Positions 10,173 to 20,005 are shown, numbered from the stretch's first letter. The stretch is DNA of 30,068 nucleotides from Hyphomicrobiaceae bacterium (GCA_047972825.1 JBKEAX010000194.1:1-30068), one strand, 5' to 3'. The notes: generated by a model not told the origin, from the letters alone. Numbers and translations are program-made.

Positions 10173-12334
10173 CGGCCTTCGCGCCACCAAGCCAGAGCCA
10201 TAAAGGCAAGCAGTGCGGCAAGAGCTGCAAACCCCGTAAACATTGGTGTCAGCTTCACGCCGCGGGTGACGTAGGCGGCACGATCTTTGAGGCCCAACCA
10301 GCCATTGCCAGCCATGACGCGTGCTGCGGGCATCATTGTGATGCGGGGGACAGAGACATCCGTTGCCGCGCTTGATCCCAACAGTGTGTTGCTGCGCGTC
10401 CAGAAAACACCACCGCCGGTTTCGTCAAGCAGCGGTTCAAGTTTCTTTTCCGTCGCCGTCACTTCGCTCATTTCGCGAACATCCTGGACGCCGGCATGTG
10501 CGATTGCGGAAAGTTCGCTCTGCGTCATCTTGTAGAGGCCAGGATGTTCTACATCCTCGGTGGTGCGGAATAAGCCAGGCGACACTCTTTCCAATGTCAC
10601 TTCGTGTGTTTCGCCCTGTGGGTTGCGCACCGTTACGGGCGCAACACTGTCGTCCATGGTGCGGCGCTCGATGGTGAGTTTGAGGCCGTGCGCCGATGCG
10701 AACAGACGCTCTTCTTCAAGATCAGGCTCTTTCATCAGCCAGTGAGACAGGCGGCGCAATAGATCTGTGTGCGGGCCACCGCCATCGTAGCCGCGCGCCC
10801 ACAACCAAGCCTGATCCGATGTGAGTAGTGCTACGCGGCCTTTTCCTCTGCGATCAAGGATGAGCAACGGCGCGTCCGCCGCACCCTTCATGACGATGGT
10901 GCCGCGTTCAGGGGCAACCTCGACCTGGCGGAACCAGCGGCCCCATGACGGGCCAATGTCTGTTCGTGTGGTGGCGGTGTTGATTGAAGTGCCGTTCGAG
11001 GTTGCTGCAACCCGGCTTGCAGCACCAGGTAGCCCTCGCGTCACGGGATGTTTCTCGCCGTCTGCGGTCGTGTCGGCCTTGAATGGCTGCTCAATGACAC
11101 GGCCACTGGGCAGGGCAGGAAGTACAGATGCCAGCGGTGTTCGGTGCACACTGTAGCTTCCTGCATAGTCATCGCCTGCAGCAATCAACAGCGCGCCGCC
11201 GTGGTCTTCCACGTAACGGGCGATATTGTCGTAATACATCATCTGCAAAATGCCGCGGTGCTGGTAGCGGTCAAAGATGATGAGGTCGAAGTCCTTTATT
11301 TTTTCCGAGAAAAGTTCGCGTGTCGGGAAGGCGATCAGTGATAGCTGGTTGATCGGTGTTCCGTCCTGCTTTTCAGGCGGGCGAAGAATCGTGAAATGCA
11401 CGAGGTCAACGGCGGCATCGGATTTCAAAAGGTTGCGCCAGGTGCGCTCGCCGGCGTGCGGCTCGCCGGAGACGAGAAGTACACGCAGGTTTTCACGCAC
11501 GCCTTCCGCTGCAACGACAACACGGTTGTTGGCAGGCGTCAGTTCGCCGCCCGCCGTCTCTAGTTCCATCTCAAGGATGTTCTGGCCGGCATGCGGAAAT
11601 GGCATTTCAACTGTTGTCTTGCGATTGATTGTCGTGCTGATGGTTTCGTCCGGCTGGCCCTCACGGCGGATGGTGAGTGCCACAACGTTACCCGCCTGGC
11701 CTGTTTTGCCGGTCTCGCGCACGGCAAAGGTGATATCACGCGATTGGCCGACAATGCCGTAGCGGGGCGCCTGAATAAGTTCGATACGGCGGTCGAATTC
11801 GTCCGGTTCGCCGGTTAGTAGGGCATGAACGGGTGCATTGAACCCCAGGGCTGCGGCATTGGCAGGAACATCGTGGACCTGGCCGTCGGTTATCATGACA
11901 ACGCCGGCGAGGCGGTCGGGAGGGGTGTTGGCCAAGGCGCGGTTGAGTTCGGCAAAAAGTTGCGTTCCCGAGACGACACCGTCAACAGGACGAGCGGCCG
12001 TTACCCATTTCACGTCGAGATTTTTTATTGCCCCAAGTTTTTTGTCCAGTTCGGCCCTGATCGCCTGAGCCTGCTCGGGCCGGTCGGCGAGCGTTTGCGA
12101 GGTGCTTTCGTCAATTACAACAAGGGCGATATTGGCAAGACTTTCGCGTTCTTCCTGGCGCAACGTCGGATTGGCCAGTGCAGCCAACAGGGCGACGATT
12201 GCCAGGGCACGCAGCATTGCCCCGCGCGCGCGTCGCCAAAGCAACAGGGCAACAAGAAGCACACCAACGAGTGCGGCTGCCAGGAAGAACGGGACCGGGA
12301 GCATCGGAGCAAAGTCTATCGACCAGTTGTTCAT
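10169..12334 (-). CDS. Membrane protein with VWA-like and class I glutamine amidotransferase-like domains (MoxR operon partner)
   Basis: N- and C-terminal TM segments; VIDESTS and MITDGQVHD VWA-like motifs; LRVLLVSGEPHAGERTWRNLLKSD; last gene of the MoxR-DUF58-BatA operon. Confidence 0.8.
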   Translation of the reverse strand: MNNWSIDFAPMLPVPFFLAAALVGVLLVALLLWRRARGAMLRALAIVALLAALANPTLRQEERESLANIALVVIDESTSQTLADRPEQAQAIRAELDKKLGAIKNLDVKWVTAARPVDGVVSGTQLFAELNRALANTPPDRLAGVVMITDGQVHDVPANAAALGFNAPVHALLTGEPDEFDRRIELIQAPRYGIVGQSRDITFAVRETGKTGQAGNVVALTIRREGQPDETISTTINRKTTVEMPFPHAGQNILEMELETAGGELTPANNRVVVAAEGVRENLRVLLVSGEPHAGERTWRNLLKSDAAVDLVHFTILRPPEKQDGTPINQLSLIAFPTRELFSEKIKDFDLIIFDRYQHRGILQMMYYDNIARYVEDHGGALLIAAGDDYAGSYSVHRTPLASVLPALPSGRVIEQPFKADTTADGEKHPVTRGLPGAASRVAATSNGTSINTATTRTDIGPSWGRWFRQVEVAPERGTIVMKGAADAPLLILDRRGKGRVALLTSDQAWLWARGYDGGGPHTDLLRRLSHWLMKEPDLEEERLFASAHGLKLTIERRTMDDSVAPVTVRNPQGETHEVTLERVSPGLFRTTEDVEHPGLYKMTQSELSAIAHAGVQDVREMSEVTATEKKLEPLLDETGGGVFWTRSNTLLGSSAATDVSVPRITMMPAARVMAGNGWLGLKDRAAYVTRGVKLTPMFTGFAALAALLAFMALAWWREGR

Positions 12335-12343
12335 TGCGCGCCC

Positions 12344-15283
12344 CTATTGTCCGAGCCGTTCCAGAAGCGCTGGCACGTGCACCTGGTCTGCTTTGTAGTT
12401 ACCGGTCAATGCATGCATGACCAGATTGACGCCCGTCCGGAAAGCCATCTCGCGCTGAAGCTCACCACCAGGCACGGTCGGGTAGAGTGGGCGTCCGCGC
12501 TCATCCAAAGCCCAGGCGGCGGCCAAGTCATTGGATGTGACAACGATTGAGGTTACGCCATCGGCGCGGCGCGCCTCGCGACCAGCGCTCGATGGATCGT
12601 TGGCCGCTGCCTCCACCCACATCGACCCACCGTCCCAACGGCCTGGGAACGCGTGCAGCAGATAGAATGATTTTGTCAGGACGTGCCCTTCCGGAACAGG
12701 CTCCAAACGTGGCAGGTCAAGGTTGCCCAGAATGCGTTGTAGCGGGGTGTCACCGCCTGCACCCATCAGGCTTGCGGGGCGGCCTGAGCCGTAATCGCGC
12801 GTGTCGAAAATAATCATGCCGCCTTGCTTCATGTAGGCGTCGATCTTGGCGAGTGTCGCTTCAGGTAGTGGCTTTGCGTTATCAAGAACTGGCCAGTAAA
12901 GCACCGGATAAAACGCAATTTCATCATCGGTGATGTTGACTGGCAAAGGGGTGCCCGGCGAGACAGCGGTGCGTGCTTCGAGGACGCGTGCAAGGCCTGT
13001 CAGGCCAATGCGGCTGGTGTCGTCTGTCGATGGATCGCCGGTCATCACGTAGCCAAACGTCACTTTCTGGGTTGCCTTCAGCGCAATGGCGACGTCGGCA
13101 GGCGTGTTGGTGTTGCCCGCGCCGGCTGATGAGGCGTTTTGAGCCAGGGCAAGGCCGCTTGCGGTGGTGAGCATGGCGATGATTGCTGCCGTCGCAGCGA
13201 CCAGACAGGCGATTGCGGCGTGACGCGGTCTGCGCGACAGGGCAGAGGCGCCGCCCAAGCTCAGCAGGATAACCGCCAGGATATCAACGAAGATCAGCCC
13301 TAGTGCGGCAGCAAGCAGCCATGGCTTCAATGGCTCTGCCGATTTGGACTGGTAACCCTGTCTTTGTGCATTCGGCGGTAGCGTGGGGAGTGGATGCAGT
13401 TTTGCTTTTTCGTCAAGAAGGTTGAGTGCGCGCGGGCTTGTCTCCGTGCCGTAAAACCCTGGTGGGTGATCTATGCTGGGTGAGAGTGTGGCGAAGTTCG
13501 AGGCCGGCACGGCCTGGGCCGTTGGCGGTGGTGCGGCAAGCGTTCCAAAACCATCAAGCGTTCTGACCGGTGGCAGCACCTGTGGCGCGCTGGAAGCCTC
13601 TGTGTTTGTGGCAGTTTCCACCCCATTGCCTGCATCCTGCATCAGCGTCGTGTTTGCGCCCGAGGATGGTGCGCCTTTACCGACACGCCCCATGGTGGAG
13701 ATGCGGCGCAGCATGTCGACAAACAAACCGGATATCGGCAGGTTCGACCAATCGGAGTTGGCGGTAACGTGGAACAAGATGATCTTGCCGTCGCCTACGT
13801 TTTTTGCCGTGACCAGCGGCGTGCCGTCAGCAAGACGCGCCCATACTCCAGCGTCCGGTCCGATTTGAGCGGGATCGGCCAGCACCTGCCGGTTTACCGT
13901 CACGTCCTGCGGTACTGTTAAACCGGCGAACGGACTTTTATCTTCGAAGCCCGCAAGTTTCTGAGGTGTCGACCAGGACAGGGCACCACCCAATGTACGC
14001 CCGCCGATGCGCAACGGGACCGGCATGAGATGGTCGCCGCCTTTTTCGAGGCGCGGACCAGCAAAACGCACAAGCACGCCGCCGTTCTCAATCCAGCTTT
14101 CGACATGCTTGGCTACATCTCCCGACAGCGTGCCGATATCGGCCAGCATCAGAACAGTAGCATTCTGCCGCAGGATAGTTTCGACGTTCGCCAGCAGATT
14201 GGCATCCTTGGCCACGACCAGCTCGGAATAAGGTTTCAACGCCTTTTCGATGTAGTAAAGCGGCGCGAGCAGGGGTTGGGATTGCTCCTGGCTTTCGCCG
14301 GAAACAAGACCCACGCGGTGCCAGCGGGCCGAGGCGTCGATCAATGCAGTCGCTCCAGCAGACTGCTCCGAAGCGATCTCAAGGCGTGTCACCTGATTGC
14401 GCAATTCCAGAGGCATGTCGAAAACGGAGGTTGTTTCGTTCGCGTTGTTGGCAAGCGTAAATGCAGTTTCGCCAAGCCGTTCGCCGCGGGCAGAAAACGC
14501 GTGAATCTGGCCTGTGCGGGGTGCACCTTTGGCGCGCAGGACGCGAGCCTCCAGCCGGCCGCCTTGCCCGGCTGAGGCTGCCAGCCCTAAGGGTTCTATA
14601 CCGTTCCCATCCTCGACAACCGTCAGCGAACCACCTTCGGCAAGAGTGGCGAGGCGTTCGAGAACCTTTGTCGCGGCATCATTTCCGGCGTGCGCAATGC
14701 CATCGCTTAGCCAGATTATTCCGGCGCCGCCCTCGCCATCTGGAAGGGCTTCCACGAGTGCATCTAAAGCCGCGCTGCGTTGCGGGGCGTATGGCACCGG
14801 AGCAAGCGCTGCAAGCGTGGAGCGCGCGCTAGCGGGTGCTTCAAGACGCATCTTGAAGGACTTTGCCGTGGCGGCCGTGGCAGCAACGACGACGGCACGG
14901 CCGTCTGCTTCGGCGGTGTCGATGATGCGGTTGGCCATCGCCTGACGGTCTGCCCAATGAGCAGCACTGGCCCAGCCATTGTCGATGAGGATCGCCAGCG
15001 GGCCGGTTCCCTTGATCGTGCTTTCGCGCGTTGGATTAAACACCGGCTCTGCCAGTGCGAATATGACGAGTGCGGCCGCGGCAAGCCGTATCAGCATCAG
15101 CCACCAGGGTGTTTTGGCTGGTGTCTTTTCCCGGTTGTCGATGCCGATGAGGATACGGGTGGGCGGAAATTCAACTTGCTTGGGGCGCGGCGGTACAGTG
15201 CGCAGCAACCAATAGATGAGCGGCAGTGAGGCCAGGCCGGCGAGTAGCCAGGGGTTGAGGAATGCAAGAGCTCCAAAACTCAT
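12344..15283 (-). CDS. BatA N-terminal / VWA-like / DUF4159 domain protein
   Basis: Start MSFGALAFLNPWLLAGL..PPRPK.V.FPP (BatA-type) at ATG 15283, overlapping the DUF58 stop. C-terminal FYPVLYWP..GGMIIFD..HVLTKSFYLL..TGNYKADQVH (DUF4159). Confidence 0.88.
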   Translation of the reverse strand: MSFGALAFLNPWLLAGLASLPLIYWLLRTVPPRPKQVEFPPTRILIGIDNREKTPAKTPWWLMLIRLAAAALVIFALAEPVFNPTRESTIKGTGPLAILIDNGWASAAHWADRQAMANRIIDTAEADGRAVVVAATAATAKSFKMRLEAPASARSTLAALAPVPYAPQRSAALDALVEALPDGEGGAGIIWLSDGIAHAGNDAATKVLERLATLAEGGSLTVVEDGNGIEPLGLAASAGQGGRLEARVLRAKGAPRTGQIHAFSARGERLGETAFTLANNANETTSVFDMPLELRNQVTRLEIASEQSAGATALIDASARWHRVGLVSGESQEQSQPLLAPLYYIEKALKPYSELVVAKDANLLANVETILRQNATVLMLADIGTLSGDVAKHVESWIENGGVLVRFAGPRLEKGGDHLMPVPLRIGGRTLGGALSWSTPQKLAGFEDKSPFAGLTVPQDVTVNRQVLADPAQIGPDAGVWARLADGTPLVTAKNVGDGKIILFHVTANSDWSNLPISGLFVDMLRRISTMGRVGKGAPSSGANTTLMQDAGNGVETATNTEASSAPQVLPPVRTLDGFGTLAAPPPTAQAVPASNFATLSPSIDHPPGFYGTETSPRALNLLDEKAKLHPLPTLPPNAQRQGYQSKSAEPLKPWLLAAALGLIFVDILAVILLSLGGASALSRRPRHAAIACLVAATAAIIAMLTTASGLALAQNASSAGAGNTNTPADVAIALKATQKVTFGYVMTGDPSTDDTSRIGLTGLARVLEARTAVSPGTPLPVNITDDEIAFYPVLYWPVLDNAKPLPEATLAKIDAYMKQGGMIIFDTRDYGSGRPASLMGAGGDTPLQRILGNLDLPRLEPVPEGHVLTKSFYLLHAFPGRWDGGSMWVEAAANDPSSAGREARRADGVTSIVVTSNDLAAAWALDERGRPLYPTVPGGELQREMAFRTGVNLVMHALTGNYKADQVHVPALLERLGQ

Positions 15284-16290
15284 GAAGCACCCCTTTTGTG
15301 TAATAGAGCAGGCTCTTTTGATGGCGTTTGCGTAATGGCGCTGGCAGGGCTCGATTGCCAACGATAGCCGCCTGCAGATAAACGCATGATCAATGTCAAT
15401 AACGGTTCGGACGCCGAGCGATCCGTGTGATGCACAAGGAACGTCCAGCCAAGATTGTGGGCAATCTCTTCGAGTCCGGACCGGTGCGCTGCAATGCGTT
15501 TCTGATAGGTCTCGCGAAGGCTCTCTGCGCGGTCCGCAACCCAACTCTCGCCGCCTTCCGGCGAGAGGAATTCTGTTCGCCCGTCATAAGGCAGAGTTTC
15601 TTCGGCGGGATCGAGGATTTGCACCATGTGACCTGACACGCCATCGCCGGCGAGACCTTCCAGGCGGGCCTTGATATCGGGCAGCGGATCAAGGAAATCC
15701 GATAACAGGATCGTGCCGGAAAACCGCGAGATGCGTGCGGCGGGCGGTAGAGACCCTGTAAGCGGGGGCTCGTCTCCATGCTGGGCGATGGCTTCTGCGA
15801 GTTTTACCGTTGCGCGGCGCGATGCCGTTGGCTGGGTGAGACCAAGCAAGGCGACGCGTTCACTGCCGCGTACAAGAAGTTCAGCTGCCGCCAGCATCAA
15901 GACAACGGCGCGCTCTTTCTTGGACACTGGCGCAATGTGGCTCTTGAAAGCCATCGAGGGTGACAGGTCGGGCCACAGCCACATGGTGTGTGCAGCTTCC
16001 CATTCGCGTTCGCGTACGAACAGATGGTCTGAGCTTGCCGAGCGTCGCCAATCGATCAGTTGCGCGTCATCCGTCGATTGTAGCTGGCGAAACTGCCAGA
16101 ACGTTTCGCCAGGCCCGGCGCGGCGGCGGCCGTGAATACCATGCGCAACGGTGGCGGCAATGCGCTGCGCGTCAATCAATAAATCGGGCAGGCGATCGGC
16201 GAGCTGGTGCGCTTCGAGTTCATGCTCGAAGACCGTGGCGCCTACGTTGTCGGGCGCTCTGGCATTTTTGATACCGCTCATCTTGGCCAC
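15280..16290 (-). CDS. DUF58 domain-containing protein
   Basis: GIHGRRRAGPGETFWQFR..IDWRRSA..FVREREWE, DLSPSM, LSDFLD motifs. Confidence 0.93.
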   Translation of the reverse strand: MAKMSGIKNARAPDNVGATVFEHELEAHQLADRLPDLLIDAQRIAATVAHGIHGRRRAGPGETFWQFRQLQSTDDAQLIDWRRSASSDHLFVREREWEAAHTMWLWPDLSPSMAFKSHIAPVSKKERAVVLMLAAAELLVRGSERVALLGLTQPTASRRATVKLAEAIAQHGDEPPLTGSLPPAARISRFSGTILLSDFLDPLPDIKARLEGLAGDGVSGHMVQILDPAEETLPYDGRTEFLSPEGGESWVADRAESLRETYQKRIAAHRSGLEEIAHNLGWTFLVHHTDRSASEPLLTLIMRLSAGGYRWQSSPASAITQTPSKEPALLHKRGAS

Positions 16291-16299
16291 TCATTGCTA

Positions 16300-16316
16300 T
16301 TGGGTCCGGACCCCAA
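16300..16316. repeat. Solo IS-end-like palindrome, copy 4
   Basis: TT-GGGTCCGGACCC-CAA; 12/12 match; lies in the 39-bp gap between moxR and DUF58. Confidence 0.75.
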
Positions 16317-16329
16317 CGTTACCCCAACG

Positions 16330-17328
16330 CTACTTCAGCGGTTCGCTCAATGTCGCAATGATGCTTGAAAGATCCTGTCCTTCGGCGCGGGCGGCAAAGG
16401 ACAAAGCCATTCTGTGTTTCAAAACCGGGTCTGCAAGCGCCATCACATCGTCGACCGAGGGAGCAAGGCGGCCATCAACAAGGGCGCGAGCGCGGACAGC
16501 CAACATCAGGGCCTGGCTAGCGCGAGGCCCGGGCCCCCATGCGATATAGCGGTCGGTCAATTCGTTGGCACCGGTGCCAGGGCGCGCGGAGCGCACGAGC
16601 GTCAAGATTGCGTCCACCACTTTGTCTGACACGGGGATCTGGCGGACCAGGCGCTGTATTGCCATCAGCTCGTCGGCGGTGAGCACGCTCTCAACGGTAC
16701 GATCTTCATTGCCGGTGGTGGCATAAAGCATGCGGCGTTCGGCAAGCATGTCGGGGTATGTGACGTCGATCTGCAAAAGGAAACGGTCAAGCTGGGCTTC
16801 GGGGAGCGGATAGGTTCCTTCCTGCTCCAACGGATTTTGTGTTGCCAGCACATGGAAGGGGCGCGGCACGTCATGGCGTTGGCCAGCAACGGTGACATGA
16901 TGCTCCTGCATGGCTTGCAACAATGCGGATTGCGTTTTTGGGCTGGCGCGGTTGATTTCGTCGGCCATCAAAAGCTGAGTGAAGATCGGCCCCTTGATGA
17001 AGCGGAATGAGCGCCGCTCACCAGGCGAGTCTTCCAGCACTTCAGCACCGATGATATCGGACGGCATGAGGTCTGGCGTGAACTGGATGCGTGTGGCATC
17101 CAAGCCGAGAACGGTGCCCAAAGTTTCAACCAGCAGCGTCTTGGCGAGGCCTGGCACGCCAATGAGCAATGCATGCCCGCCGGAGAGTATTGTGATCAGG
17201 GCGCGGGTGATAACTTCATCCTGCCCGAAAATAACGTCGCTGGCGGCTCTGTGCGCCTTTTGCATTTTCTCCGCCGCCGCCTCGATGCGGGCGACGATGT
17301 CATCGTCGGATTGTGTCAATGTGCTCAT
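16330..17328 (-). CDS. MoxR family AAA+ ATPase
   Basis: Walker A GVPGLAKT, RIQFTPDLMPSD, Walker B LMADEINRA, ATQNPLEQEGTYPLPEAQLDRF. Confidence 0.97.
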   Translation of the reverse strand: MSTLTQSDDDIVARIEAAAEKMQKAHRAASDVIFGQDEVITRALITILSGGHALLIGVPGLAKTLLVETLGTVLGLDATRIQFTPDLMPSDIIGAEVLEDSPGERRSFRFIKGPIFTQLLMADEINRASPKTQSALLQAMQEHHVTVAGQRHDVPRPFHVLATQNPLEQEGTYPLPEAQLDRFLLQIDVTYPDMLAERRMLYATTGNEDRTVESVLTADELMAIQRLVRQIPVSDKVVDAILTLVRSARPGTGANELTDRYIAWGPGPRASQALMLAVRARALVDGRLAPSVDDVMALADPVLKHRMALSFAARAEGQDLSSIIATLSEPLK

Positions 17329-17496
17329 CAGCCAACTATAGCCCAGTTCCGCAGGTTATTAACGTCGTGTATCGCGCTGTTCTGTCACCGCCATGGTGAG
17401 ATTAACTTAAGCGCGACGATGTTTGGTGGAGGTGTCACGGTCAAGTGAATGTTCCGTAACACATTTGTCGGGGTGATGCGTGATAGGCAAAGGGTT

Positions 17497-18096
17497 ATGA
17501 ACGAACAGAAAACCGGGTGTCATGAGGCACGTCACGCTCTCCCGCGGTTGGCACGGCTGGAATCAGCGCTTCAGGATAGCGGCAAGAAAAGCCTGCCACC
17601 GGTAGAACTGTGGAACCCTCCGTATTGCGGTGACATCGGCATGGCAATCGCACGTGATGGCTCCTGGTACTACCAAGGAAGCCGGATCAATCGGATTGCG
17701 TTGGTTAAACTGTTTTCCACTGTTCTAAGGCGGGATGATGATGGGCGCCACTATCTGGTGACGCCGGTGGAAAAGGTCGATGTTGCGGTCGAAGATGCCC
17801 CGTTTTTAGGGGTTGAAATGGAGATGATCGCTGGTGAGGGAGACTATGCTGGAGAGCAGGTGCTGGTCGTTCGCACCAACCTTGATGATGTCGTAAGGGT
17901 CGGAGCAGAGCACACTATCCGCTTTGAAACGCAGGTTGATGGTGGATTCAAGCCTTACGTTCATGTGCGGGGCGGCCTGGAAGCGTTGTTCACCCGCGCG
18001 CTGGCCTATGATCTTGCGGAACTTCTGGTTAACGACGACCAGGATCGCACCGGCATCTGGAGTGGCGGCCGGTTTTTTGCCGTTGCCGGCACATAA
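17497..18096 (+). CDS. DUF1285 domain-containing protein
   Basis: LPPVELWNPPYCGDIGMAIARDGSWYYQGS..LVTPVEKV..EDAPF..PYVHVRGGLEA; divergent from moxR; start uncertain. Confidence 0.9.
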   Translation: MNEQKTGCHEARHALPRLARLESALQDSGKKSLPPVELWNPPYCGDIGMAIARDGSWYYQGSRINRIALVKLFSTVLRRDDDGRHYLVTPVEKVDVAVEDAPFLGVEMEMIAGEGDYAGEQVLVVRTNLDDVVRVGAEHTIRFETQVDGGFKPYVHVRGGLEALFTRALAYDLAELLVNDDQDRTGIWSGGRFFAVAGT

Positions 18097-18223
18097 CAAG
18101 CAATTGCTCAAGAAAACCCTATCCCGTGAGCCGTTCGGTCAGAGTTTTTATTTCCCGGTGCAATTGCAATGCAATGGGCCAAGGCTGTGTCCCTGGGCGC
18201 TACCATCAATGGATGCCACACCA

Positions 18224-18493
18224 TCAATTGATCGCGAATTGTGCGTCCAGAATTTGCAGATCCGCGGGTGAGATGAGCTGGCGGTGGTTTACCGTAACTT
18301 TGTAAAGTGGCCCATCGAGATTGGCTTCCCAGAAATCAAGAAAACTCTTGAGGCGCGGAAAGCGCGGGTGCAGATCGTAGTCCTGCCACACGTAGCTTTG
18401 CAAAAGGGCCGGGTAGTCCGGCATGCGATAGAGGATCTCAGCCGTTGTCAGGCTGTATCCCTGAAGCAGGCAATGAATTTCATGCTGGGCCAT
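18224..18493 (-). CDS. usg: Usg family protein
   Basis: GYSLTTAEILYRMPDYPALLQSYVWQDYDLHPRFPRL..FLDFW..LDGPL signature; GGAG RBS before ATG 18493. Confidence 0.9.
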   Translation of the reverse strand: MAQHEIHCLLQGYSLTTAEILYRMPDYPALLQSYVWQDYDLHPRFPRLKSFLDFWEANLDGPLYKVTVNHRQLISPADLQILDAQFAIN

Positions 18494-18717
18494 GCGCGCT
18501 CCTTTTACCCTGCTGTTGCCGACCATGAGTCGCCATGAGGCGGCTACGAGCTGTCCGCCGCACAGCGGTTCATGCATGGAATCATAGTAGAGATTCTGCC
18601 GGATGCGCCATGCGTTTTGAGCAACATCACCTGTAAAAACAACATGTTAGCAGCGTCATCGCATGGCTGCTGCCAGTCTTCTCGGATTGGTCAGCCCAGG
18701 GCTGTCCGAAGGGGCGC

Positions 18718-18763
18718 CAGCCGAGACGAAATATGCTGCGTACACTTCGGCTGAACATGCTCT
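18718..18763. repeat. RIME-like repeat fragment
   Basis: GCGTACACTTCGGCTGAACATGCTCT (18738-18763) is identical over 26 bp to 25353-25378; CAGCCGA..TCGGCTG stem. Confidence 0.75.
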
Positions 18764-18780
18764 TAGGGTCTGGACCCCAA
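18763..18780. repeat. Solo IS-end-like palindrome, copy 5
   Basis: TTA-GGGTCTGGACCC-CAA; 11/12 match; abuts the end of the RIME-like fragment. Confidence 0.75.
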
Positions 18781-18906
18781 CTCGTCTCGTGCTGGTTCTG
18801 CCGTTAGCGCCCTATTAACCAAGCATATGCTTCAACGGTACGCGTATTGCGTTGCCTGCGGGCATGAGTTGAAGGGCGTTGTGTGATGTTTGTTTGGCAA
18901 TCCTGC

Positions 18907-19335
18907 ATGAAGCAGATTGGCGTTGCCGCACGGCTGGAGCGAAGCTTGCCGATTGCGGTAATCTGTTCGTTGCTGGTTGCGGGCTGTGGTGGGCGATCCG
19001 ACCATGCACCGACAGCGGATGCAAATACCGCTGCGCCGCCGCGATACAATGCTGCACTTGCTCAGCCGCGCATTGATATGGAAGCCGATGGATTGCCGGC
19101 CCAGTCGCCGCCACTGGTGCAGCGCGTGAGCTTTCCTGATGATCCAAACGAACCATTCAGCCGCAACTATGGTTCAAGGTTGAACGGCCCGCCTGTGCAT
19201 CTCTCTCCCTCTCGAACCGATGAAGAAAAACCAAGGAATATTATGCCCACTCCGCGCATTTCGCTTCGTGACTTGCCGGATGACCTGCCGCCCGATTTTC
19301 GCGAACGCCTAATTGTGGAACATCATTTGCGCTGA
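18907..19335 (+). CDS. Hypothetical lipoprotein
   Basis: Signal peptide ending in lipobox LVAG-C; Pro-rich body with DMEADGLPAQ and PDDPNEPFSRNYG; start uncertain (18883-18907). Confidence 0.65.
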   Translation: MKQIGVAARLERSLPIAVICSLLVAGCGGRSDHAPTADANTAAPPRYNAALAQPRIDMEADGLPAQSPPLVQRVSFPDDPNEPFSRNYGSRLNGPPVHLSPSRTDEEKPRNIMPTPRISLRDLPDDLPPDFRERLIVEHHLR

Positions 19336-19573
19336 ATTGAGCAAATGGTGGCGCTCGCAAAAAATTGATGATGGTGGTGAACCTCCAGGTTTCTGGATTT
19401 TTTTGCCGGACTTAGGCCCCTGTGAGGAAAAGTCTTTTCTAGGCCAAGCGATATGAATGTGTGTACTGTCAAGTTGATGTCTAGATCCGCATGTAGGGTC
19501 CATCATCACCCGGGGCATTGTCCGCGTTCTTGAGCAGGAGCGCGGTCGCACCATGCCTAACGAGGAGGAGCCA

Positions 19574-20005
19574 ATGTTCAAAACAACAGTTCTGGCAGCT
19601 GCGGCTGCTGGGCTAATGATCATCGGGCCGACCGCGCCAGCATCAGCGAATGTTGCTGCTGTGGGCGGCTTGAAACTTGCGCCGGAATCGACAACGAGCG
19701 GTGTTACAGAAGTACGCAGGGGGCGCCATCGCGGAGGGCGTCGCCATTACGGAGGGCGTCGCCACTACGGAGGTCGCCGCTACTACAGAGGGCGTGGCCA
19801 TTACCGAGGCCGCTACTACGGGCGTCGCCATTACCGGCGCCATAGGTATCGTGGATACCGTAGGTATCGTGGCTTCTATTATGGTGTGCCCTATGTCGGC
19901 TACGGATACTATGGCGGTGGTTGCAGTTCGCTGCGCCGCAGGGCAATCCGTACCGGAAGCGGCTATTGGTGGCGCCGGTATCGCCGTTGCCGCGGCTACT
20001 ACTAA
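19574..20005 (+). CDS. Secreted Gly/Arg/Tyr/His-rich low-complexity protein
   Basis: GAGGAGGAG RBS; signal peptide MFKTTVLAAAAAGLMIIGPTAPASA; GGRRHY repeats; C-terminal Cys pair; terminator downstream. Confidence 0.82.
   Translation: MFKTTVLAAAAAGLMIIGPTAPASANVAAVGGLKLAPESTTSGVTEVRRGRHRGGRRHYGGRRHYGGRRYYRGRGHYRGRYYGRRHYRRHRYRGYRRYRGFYYGVPYVGYGYYGGGCSSLRRRAIRTGSGYWWRRYRRCRGYY
19733..19804 (+). repeat. Four in-frame 18-bp tandem repeats (GGRRHY-like)
   Basis: GGAGGGCGTCGCCATTAC / GGAGGGCGTCGCCACTAC / GGAGGTCGCCGCTACTAC / AGAGGGCGTGGCCATTAC. Confidence 0.85.

Noticed and set aside
15284..15544. N-terminal extension of the 1066-aa ORF
   Set aside because: It overlaps the DUF58 gene; the BatA-type N-terminus begins at ATG 15283.
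19733..19804. Possible CRISPR-like repeat array
   Set aside because: Contiguous in-frame 18-mers with no spacers and no cas genes; a coding repeat.
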